This document shows, in pieces, positions 54,811 to 64,000 of a stretch of DNA of 64,000 nucleotides. Every line of letters begins with the position of its first letter. Position 1 is the stretch's first letter. A program made the translations under genes and the position numbers. The DNA comes from the human T2T-CHM13v2.0 reference genome, Homo sapiens. The stretch is taken from assembly GCF_009914755.1 (NCBI RefSeq), contig NC_060937.1. The stretch is one strand, 5' to 3'. A model generated the notes under the pieces. The model worked only from the letters and a program-made list of their open reading frames with translations. It did no database searches and was not told the DNA's origin.

Positions 54811-57784
54811 CAAATAGGACATAGTATACACACTCATAACTTTCACAAATCCAAGGTGGAAGATTTGAAGATAAGAATCTTAATGACATCATGTCTACTA
54901 TTCCTTGTTAATAAAATTAGGAAATTCATTTGAATGTTGTTCTAGATACTATTCTTTGGTGGAGGGAAAGTTTATTTTATTTAGCATACTCCAAAATTAA
55001 TGTTTATATTCCCAAAAAAGTTGTCTGTAACACAAGGACGTTTTTTAGTAGGAATTTTTTGGCATTGAGAAAATTCTATGCAGCTTTCTTTGATTTTTGT
55101 TTTCATTCAAGTTCTGATTTATTTTCAGTAAGACTCAAAACCTTAAGTTGTCCTTTTTACTTTTAAAGTGTTTATTTATGTTCATATTTATTAATTGTCT
55201 ACATGTTTTAGAACCAAGTATTTTTATTGGAACTTCACACAAACTGTAGAAGAAGGGAGGGGAATTACCATCAGCCAACATGTCCCAATGATACTCTCTT
55301 CCAGGCATCCCATGGGTAAACAGTGGTTTTACTTAATGTTTTAATTTTAGAATTTAGTACTTTGGCTTTAGTTTTGTTTTTCTTAATTACTTTGTGTTTC
55401 AAACCAAAATCTCATTAAGCTTAATGTATTTCATAATATCATTTTTGATTGTAGTATAATAAACAGAAATGTGGGGAAATCCAGGATTAAAAAATTGCCA
55501 AATAGCTCATATTAGCCAAAAATTCACTTTTAAGCCCGTAACTGTGTTTGGAGATATTCCCAATTTAAAAATTAACTAAAACAATATGGCTTTGAAAATA
55601 TTACGTAATAAAATTTATTTACAAATGGAATCATGAAGATCCACATTTTGAACATCACTTAACTATAATTTTATTAATTTTAAGAACCTAAAGATGAATG
55701 TCTTTAGAGTCTATCAAGAAAGTGAATTCTTTCAAATGGGTATCACTGACCTAAAAAGGTTCATTGTTAAAATTAGGTAACCATTGTATTTTCTTTCCTG
55801 TTAATTAATAACTATTAGAAATTTATGTGTTTTAGGATACAGAAAGACAAAATTATTTTTATTGATAATGTTTATTATAATTGTCTCAATTTTAATAATA
55901 AAATAATAGTAAAAATATGGACAATTCAAAGTAATGTAAAGCAAGAATAGAAAAAATTGTCCGTATTTCACCTTCCAAATAATTATCATGAGATTTTTGG
56001 TCAATCTACTTTAAGGTATATTTTTCTTCATTTTTAAGTGAGCTTGGGATTGTTTAAGAATTACACACAGCTTGCAAAGAATACAGTGTGTTGGCATGTA
56101 CCCCTATCCAGCTTCCCTAATACTAACATCTTATATGAACATGGTATTTCATTACAAAAAGGAAACCAACATTAAGACTTAACTATTAGCTAAATTCTAG
56201 ACTTAATTTGAATTTCACGAGTTTTTCTACTAATGATTTTATGTTTTAGGATCCATCAGGATATCACATTGTATTTAACATTTTTTAAATTAAAATTTTG
56301 AATGTAGCATATATAAACACCAAATATTATACCTTAAGTTTTCTATCGGATAAACCTTTCTAATTGCTAAAAGTGAAGATATCAATACTATTTTTGAGTC
56401 TTCTTTTTTGAAATCCAAAGTCCAACTCCTTTGCAAGGAAAGATGAGATGTTTGACAAGTCTGTAATGTCCAGTCTTTGCCCGGTTGGCATTTCTGGCTT
56501 AGCTGTGAGTTCCAGGCTGTAACATGAGTGTTGGAAGCGTGCAATGTAGAACTTGACCATCCAGCCCTTATCAAAATTAGGCTGACTTGAGCCTCTTACC
56601 CAGCAAGGGTGTGTTCCTTCGTGGAACAGAACCAGCTGGCTGCTGCTTAGGCGATCTTTGACCAGAGCTTTCCCTGAGAGTTATTTTTTCTTTCCCCCTG
56701 CTTCAATAGTGAGACTTTTCTTCAGTGTTGCAAGAACTGGCTTCTGTTCAACTTCTGGAAAAGCATTTAAAATTGAAAACGTTGACCTTCCAACCAAATC
56801 TTTGACCTGTTCTTGTTAAGCTTGAGATTTTGGGAAACGGAAGAGCTAGGAAACAAATCAGTCAACACAGCCAAATGTGATATTCTGTCTCTTTTACACA
56901 ATCTTACATTATCGTGAGTTGAAGAGAAACAGAAAAATGATAGTACATATAGTTAATTAGCAAATTAAAATACAAAAAAATGGTAAATATGTTGAAAAAG
57001 TGAAAAGGTTAGGGCAGGTGAATGAGTATCAGGAATGTGAAGGGTGAGGAAGGGAAAGAAATGCGTTTTCATTTTGAATGGAGAGGCCAGGTTCATTAAG
57101 CCTTTTTATCTTTTCTTGAAAGCTCAATAATTCTTTATACTTTTGACTATTTTTTTTAACATTGCAGACATGGGTAGGTGATTTTTAAAATAAATTCAAA
57201 ATGTTTATACCTGTGTTGTTTTTATTAGTAATTCCATATGAATGGAAAATGTTAGTTTTAATGCTTATTCTTTTTATAGATCAACTCCTACTTAAAAGAA
57301 CTGCATTGAGCAGCTGCATTTTTGTTGTGGTGATATTTTTTTTTTAAAAGACATTCCCATTTCTGAAGAGTTAGAGAAACAGAAGGTTTCTCTTCAAATA
57401 GATTTATCACCCACTGTTTCTGCAAATATCTGAGGTAGGCACTCCATAATATACAGAGAAGAGGACAGCGAAGCTAACAATTATCAGGCGTGTTTCATGT
57501 GCAAACACTGTGTTGGGCTCTGGGAATGTATATCATTTACTTTCTCAACAACTCTGTTAGTTGGGCATTATTGTTTTCATTTTAGATGAGAAAGCTGCAA
57601 CCCAGAGAATCAATTGCCTCTCTCAGCAAGCTAATTATTTAATAGTTGGAGAAGTTAAGCCAAATTGATGCAAAATTTAAAAGAACAATAAAATAGATAA
57701 GTTATTTACAATTCATAAAACACATCTAAATGATGACTTCAATCTATTTTCGCAGCAGTATGAAATGGATATTGCTATTCCCAT

Positions 57785-58408
57785 TGTTACAGGACCCAAC
57801 ACTCACCCAAAGTTAACCTTTGGGTCGGGGGTTTCTGTACTATATTCCCTTCTGTGGTCGCCAGAGAAATGTTACAGGAAAGGAGTCCCGATCCAGACCC
57901 CCGGAGAGGGTTCTTGGATCTGACGCCAGAAAAAATTCGGGGCGAATCCACAGGGTAAAGTGAAAGCAAGTTTATTAGGAAAGTAAAGGAGTAAAAGAAT
58001 GCCGAAACCATAGACAGAGCAGCCCTCAGGGCTGCTAGTTGCCCATTTTTATGGCTATTTCTTGATGATATGCTAAACAAGGGGTGGATTATTCATGCCT
58101 CCCCTTTTTAGACCATATAGTGTAACTTCCTGACATTGCCATGGCATCATGACGCTGGCGGGAGTGTAGCAGTGAGAACCACCAGAGGTCACTCCTCGCC
58201 ATCTTGGTTTTGGTGGGTTTTGGCTGGCTTCTTTACTGCAGTCTGTTTTGTCAGCAACGCCTTTGTGACCTGTATTTTGTGCTGATCTCCTATCCCATCC
58301 TGTGACTTAGAATGCCTTAACCATCTGGGAATACAGCCCAGTAGGTCTCAGTTATTTTACCCAGCTCCTATCCAAGATGGAGGTTCTCTGGTTCACCTGC
58401 CTCTGACA
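57785..58408 (-). mobile_element. MER41A-like ERV1 LTR (57870-58408) plus PBS/leader stub
   Basis: minus strand tgtcagaggc...tcctgtaaca, then PBS-like tggcgaccacagaaggga; lacks the tandem-GAS segment of MER41B (reads aaaaaggggagg|catgaataatcc); 4-bp TSD ccat/tcat. Confidence 0.85.
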
Positions 58409-58944
58409 TCATTATACAGATTTAAAATGCTTCAAAATTAAGTGTCAAACTCATGGTTTGACAACTAATTGATAGGAGAGGTAAGGTTTGAATTCATTAT
58501 CTATTGATTATAAATTCTGATTTTTTTCAATGATAATGGCTGTACATGCTTAATTTTCAAGTGTGCCACCAGATTTGAGAAAAAATATTGGGTCTGACAA
58601 GGCCCAGGGTATTACGATTAATGCCAGTGAGAGAGACATCAAGTTAAGGAATCAGAGAATGTTGTTAGTGGTAGAGATCACAGACTGCGAGATTATCTAG
58701 ACAGTGGTCAAGAGAGCTGAAGTGGGTTTGAAGATGGAGCAGACTTGGGTAAGAGGACAGAATAACTGAGGTTATGAGGACAAGGTAGAAATAGGAAACA
58801 GAAATAATTCAAGAAAAGGCCTTGTTTTAGTAGGCATAGAGGCTTATCCCATACAAACATCTTTATATTATCCCTTTCCTCTTCTAAATTTGTAAATTTT
58901 TGCAAGTGCTGATCTGTTGAAGTGTTTTTGCAAATGCAAGCTTT

Positions 58945-59062
58945 CTTCCTACCCCCTCCTCTCCTCCTCCTCTTCCTCCTCCTCTGCTCCTGTCCTCCTC
59001 TTCTTCCTCCTCCCCTTTTCCTCTTCCTCCTCCTCCCCTCCTCTCCTCCTCCTCTGCTCTGC

Positions 59063-59094
<32 letters not shown>

Positions 59095-59735
59095 TCCCCT
59101 CCTTTCCTCCTCCTCCCCTTCTCTTCTTCCTCCTCCTCCACTTCTCTCCCTCCTCCTTCTCCTCTCCCTCCTCCTCCCCTCCTCTCCCTCCTCCTCCTCT
59201 TCCTCCTCCTCCTGCTCTTCCTCCTCTCCTCCTCCCCTTCCTCCTCCTCCCCTTCTCTTCCTCCTCCTCCCCTTCTCTTCCTCCTCCTCCCCTTCCTCCT
59301 CCTCCGCTTCTCTTTCTCCTCCTCCTCCCCTCCTCTCCTCCTCCTCTTCCTCCTCCTCCCCTTCTCTTCCTCCTCCTCCTCCCCTCCTCTCCCTCCTCCT
59401 CCTCCCCTCCTCTCCTCCTCCCCTTCCTCCTCCTCCCCTTCCTCCTCCTCCCCTTCCTCCTCCTCCACTTCTCTTTCTCCTCCTCCCCTCCTCTCCTCCT
59501 CCTCCCCTCTCCTCCTCCTCCCCTCCTCTCCTCCTCCTCTCCTCCTCTCCTCCTCCTCTTCCTCCTCCTCCCCTTCTCTTCCTCCTCCTCCCCTTCTCTT
59601 CCTCCTCCTCCCCTTCTCTTCCTCCTCCTCCCTTTCCTCCTCCTCCACTTCTCTTTCTCCTCCTCCTCTCCTCCTCTCCTCCTTTCCTCCTCCTCTTCCT
59701 CCTCCTCCCCTTCTCTTCCTCCTCCTCCTCCTTCT
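58945..59735. repeat. ~790-bp (CCT/CCTCTT)n polypyrimidine tract
   Basis: almost purely C/T; gives rise to spurious poly-P/S/L and poly-E/R/G ORFs. Confidence 0.97.
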
Positions 59736-60879
59736 GATCAGGTTATTTGAGACAGGGAAGGGTAAGAGAAAAGGGAATAACTGCGCTGTGACAGCTCCTG
59801 ACAGCAGCTATGAAGTCTCACTTTCAGGCCTTTTTCTCTTCTATCTGCCCCACTGGAGCCTCTGGAAATTACAAAATAAGACATTTTAGGAAAATGGTGC
59901 ACAACTACTTACTTTAAAAATATTATAGAGTGCTACACTTCTGTGGATAGAGATTCAAAAATGTATTATTAAGGTTTTCTCTTGAGGAAAATGTTTCCTA
60001 TATAACTGAGGGTTCAAAGCCTATTATGAGAGAGTCCACAATTCATGGAAATTGTTTTGTTTTATGGAACCCCTTTTCCCTCAAGCAATGACTTGATTTA
60101 ACACATTTCATAAAGCTGGATTTAGTGACTGGTTTTTAAGAATTGTTTGGAAAAGTTGAGTGCTATTTTTTATGTAAATTGTTTCATATATTATTCCACG
60201 GATTTTTTTTTAAGTCTGCTGTAAATCAGACACTGAAAATTTGTGAATGGTTGTCCTTAATATCAAGTGATTCACAATCTAGGGAGAGAAACAGTTACAG
60301 AAACAATTGCGTGTATAGTAACATGTATTTCAATAGATGATATGCAAAGTATAGTGGGATCAAATATTTTGCTAGAAGTATTGTAGAAAAAGTTTGTATT
60401 TGATTTCAGTACTGAAGGATGAATGGAGTTCCACTGGATAGAAGGTAAAGTATATTTAGTAGGAGGGAACAGCAGACATACAGTCATGGAAGCATGGAAG
60501 ATGACCTCTCATTCTGAGATGTGTTTAAGTACAACTGGGTTTGGGTGGGTGACACGCATGAGACTGTGAATGTTGGCTGGGCCGGGGCATGGAGGAACTG
60601 TTTTGTATTCCAGGGAGATGCAGTGAGTGAATTGTAAGCATTAGAATGAGAAGAACAAATTTGCACTTAGAAAGATAATTCAGGAGGAAATGCAAATGAT
60701 GGGCTAGGAATTGTGAAAAAGAGGCACAACTTGGTAGGCTAATGGAATTGTCAAGAATGGTGAGGTAGGGATTCGAATTTAGGCTGCTATGCTCCTCATC
60801 TTCCTTCCTCTCTCTCTGTGTCCCTCCCAACATCACCCTCTGCATAGATTCATGAGCTGTTAATTTTGTCCGTGATGCT

Positions 60880-61160
60880 CCTATTGCTCCTCTTTTTTTC
60901 TGATTTTAGTTGAAGTGTCACCTCCCAGAGAAGCCTTCCTGATTGGATCAAATGCCCGGCCCGGGCACCAAGAATTAAAGTTGAAACTTTAATTCTGTCC
61001 GTGTGATGTTGAGTAATACCCATTTCTTCCACTGGATTGTAAACTCCCTGGGGGCAGGGATGGCGTCTGCTTTTTTTTTTTTTTTTTTTGCTGTTCTTAG
61101 CACAACACCTGACGTAGATTAAGTCCTTAGTAAATTTGTTAAAATGAAATGAATGAGAGA
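60880..61160 (+). mobile_element. LINE-2 3' end
   Basis: 'gtcacctcccagagaagccttcctga', 'ctggattgtaaactccctgggggcaggga', 'gtaaatttgttaaaatgaaatgaatga'. Confidence 0.65.
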
Positions 61161-61905
61161 TGGAATCTAAATTGAAAAAAAGTTAAAAATTTAAACCATT
61201 CGAACTTGATTATTAGTTGAACTCCAAGATTGAGAAGGCAGAAATCAGGAATGTTTATAAAGTTTGTAGCTTGGGCAACTCAGAGGATAGTTATATATCC
61301 ACTCAGAGAGAAAATAAGTATGCATGAGAAAGATAAAGCATTATATTTGAGACATGTTGAATCTGAAGTATCACTAAGGCATCCAAATGGAAAGGTCCAA
61401 GGGGAAAGTGAAGATTTAATTGCTGATTGGGGAATTCATTAGTAACTTCATACATTCAACTGTTTTTCTATTTTTGGCTTTATCTTCCTTGACATCAGGT
61501 TGGTTTACACGTGATATTGTGAAGCTACTGTTCTTCACTGGCAAGCTCCTGATATTCAGTGCGTTCCAAGAATATATTATTAATAAATTGAAATATTCTA
61601 ACATAATTCAGTGAAGTCATGGAGAAACACAGATGATGATTCAAGTATAAAATTATCAATTTAAAATTAAAATATTAGATGAATAGTAAACTGAAGCAAC
61701 ATTAAGTCATGATAATGCTTTTTTTTTTTTTACTCTTAGTGCCTATGAGGCAATACAAAAGGCTTGCAATTTTACATCTCCTATATTGCTTTAAGCACAA
61801 AACATAGTTAAAATATGAGTGGATATGTGACAATGATCAATTAGTGCTTAAGATTCTGTCTATACAAACACACACACACGCAAGTTACAGAAAATTATCA
61901 TTTGA

Positions 61906-62266
61906 GGCCGGGCGTGGTACCTCGGCCTCTAATGCCGAGGTATTTAGAGGTATTAGAGGTATTAGAGGTAATTAGAGGTAGCTCACACCTCTAATGCCAG
62001 CACTTCAGGAGGCTGAGGTAGGTGGATCACCTGAGGTCAGGAGTTCGAGACCAGCCTGACCAACACAGAGAAACCCTGTCTCTACTAAAAATACAAAATT
62101 AGCCAGGTGTGGTGGCACATGCCTGTAATCCCAGCTACTCAGAAGGCTGGGAGAATCATGTGAACCTGGGAGGCCGAGTTTGCAATGAGCCAAGATTGTG
62201 CCATTGCACTCCAGCCTGGGCAATAAGAGTAGAACTCTGTCTCAAAAAAAAAGAAAAAGAAAGAAA
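61906..62266 (+). mobile_element. AluS, sense, with a 61-nt templated insertion near its 5' end
   Basis: 17-bp TSD agaaaattatcatttga at 61889-61905 and 62267-62283. Confidence 0.93.
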
Positions 62267-64000
62267 AGAAAATTATCATTTGAAGTATTTGTCATCATTC
62301 CATCAGCTGTGGTTTTTTCTATTCTATCAACTCCTTTCCAACACCCGCTTCCAAAAAATACCCAGCACCCCTTTCTTACTTTCTCAGGAACACTATAGTG
62401 CTATTATCTTTCTGAATTCTCCAAAATTAAAAACTATTGGTCACGACTTCAATTTTTCTTCACAATGTATCTTAGATGCTGCATTTACATAACTGCATTT
62501 GAGACCAAACCATCCTCACCCTATGTCTTTTCCCAGTAGATCACTGAGACCTTTGCTGCCACCCTCCCTTTACAGGAGCTCGCTTCACACACAGACAGGA
62601 ACATGATTTTCCTCAAGTACAAGGTCTGTCAGGCAGACCCCTCCCAAGATTGAGAACTCTACTTATAAGAATTTCTAGTAGGCCAATATGTACTTCTCGA
62701 TCTAGTTTTCTCAAAATTCAAAGTTCTCGACTTTTATTACTTTTTTAAGTAAGCAACCAAAGCAAACTGCTTATCGTTGGTCAACCTTATAAACTAGCTT
62801 CCCTCCTCTAAATTCATGTGTTTTAATTTCAGTGAAAATGTTAATTCAATACCATGCTTTCCCCATTTTCTTCATAAGTCTTTGTCAAATATTAGGTCAA
62901 TATTGAGATCTTTAAGTGTTTTTTTTTTCTAGTTAACATTTTTCTGCCACTGATTATTTATTCAAAGCTAGTTCAAGAAAAATTAAACAGCTACATTTGT
63001 CATAACTTACGTTTACCAAATGATAAGTTTTGCAGAAATGAAAGTGAGGCATTGCCGTCCAAGATCCTCCTTCTTTAAAAACATATGGTGCAATAAATAA
63101 GATGACAGGAAAAAAACCACACAAAGAGATAAGGGAAGATGCAGGACTTACATCTCATCTGGAGGAGGCTTCTTGAATGAGATGAGTGAGAAGCACTATG
63201 AAGAATCTGTGGGTGCAGGTGATATGGATGGGATAATCGTAATGGGAATGCTCTGTGTGTAATGTTTTTCATGGGAGACACATATAATCTGCAGTAATTG
63301 CGTTATTTATGGTAGTTCATATTAGATTTAGCTTTGTTGAAATAATGAATAATAAACCAGTTTCAAGTTTTAATGGATTCAGTTCCAGTACAGAAAATAG
63401 TATAACAGATATTACCAATTCTCTAAACTTTCAAATCACTTTTTCTGATTAAATGGTATTTAGACATTATACTTCAAAAGGTGGCCTTTCAAACTGTAAA
63501 AATGTTTCCCATATGGTTAGTATTTAAATTACACTCTAATTGTGAAGTATTGAATTTTATTGTGTTAAATATTGATCAATAGCAAATTATTTTTGTCCTT
63601 AAATTCTTATTTTGGTAATTTTATTTTGTAAACATTTTGTGATCATTATAATATTTTGTTTTTAGAAATGTTTTATGTGAAGTTTATTATGATGAGTAAA
63701 TTCTCTTATGCTGTAAAACGGCATTTTATAAGATTATGTATTTTACACATTATTACATCATAATCCCCAGAAATGTATATTCAGAAATGTGTCTCCATAG
63801 GCTCGGAAGGGTTTTAATGTATATTATTGCCTTGCTTAGTTAAAAGAAAAAACAATAACAAACATAAAAAAAACTATTCTTAACCTCTTGTGTAATTCCT
63901 TTCAATTGTAGTAGAGGGAGAGATGTGTGAAAGGCATTTGAGAACCAAACAATAATCAATTAATATGATAATTACTATCAAATTGTGTTTCTTATATTAA

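Noticed and set aside
57870-58408. MER41 as an IFN-gamma/STAT1 enhancer for BAFF
   Set aside because: This copy lacks the tandem GAS segment characteristic of MER41B (MER41A-type junction), so that mechanism is unsupported.
58884-59750. 254-277-aa poly-E/R/G and poly-P/S/L ORFs
   Set aside because: Translation of a CT-only simple repeat, which cannot contain stop codons.

Overview
Human-like (primate) genomic DNA, recognisable as the ABHD13-TNFSF13B (BAFF) locus on chr13q33. It contains part of ABHD13 intron 1, the single ABHD13 coding exon (CDS 9410-10423) with a ~4 kb 3'UTR, a ~35 kb repeat-dense intergenic stretch (L1, Alu, MaLR LTRs, DNA transposons), the TNFSF13B promoter, coding exons 1-2 (50289-50627, 50733-50817) and part of intron 2. 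Nearly all other ORFs in the track are L1/Alu relics or low-complexity artefacts. I see no new gene system. The notable signals are structural and regulatory: (1) a 198-bp-arm AT-rich palindrome with a 19-nt templated junction copied from 1.66 kb away; (2) a back-to-back L1 chimera carrying a 369-bp tract identical to another L1 16.5 kb upstream, plus an apparently converted 3'UTR; (3) a start-stop element and an overlapping uORF in the BAFF leader, whose stop overlaps BAFF Met22; (4) an in-frame 105-nt BAFF intron 1 whose only stop is its acceptor TAG; (5) a promoter haplotype in which the base at -2841 completes an Ets-IRF composite site; (6) a candidate orphan exon between the two genes. 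Repeat subfamily names and SNP identities are from recall and need RepeatMasker/dbSNP confirmation. Boundaries of old repeats are approximate.
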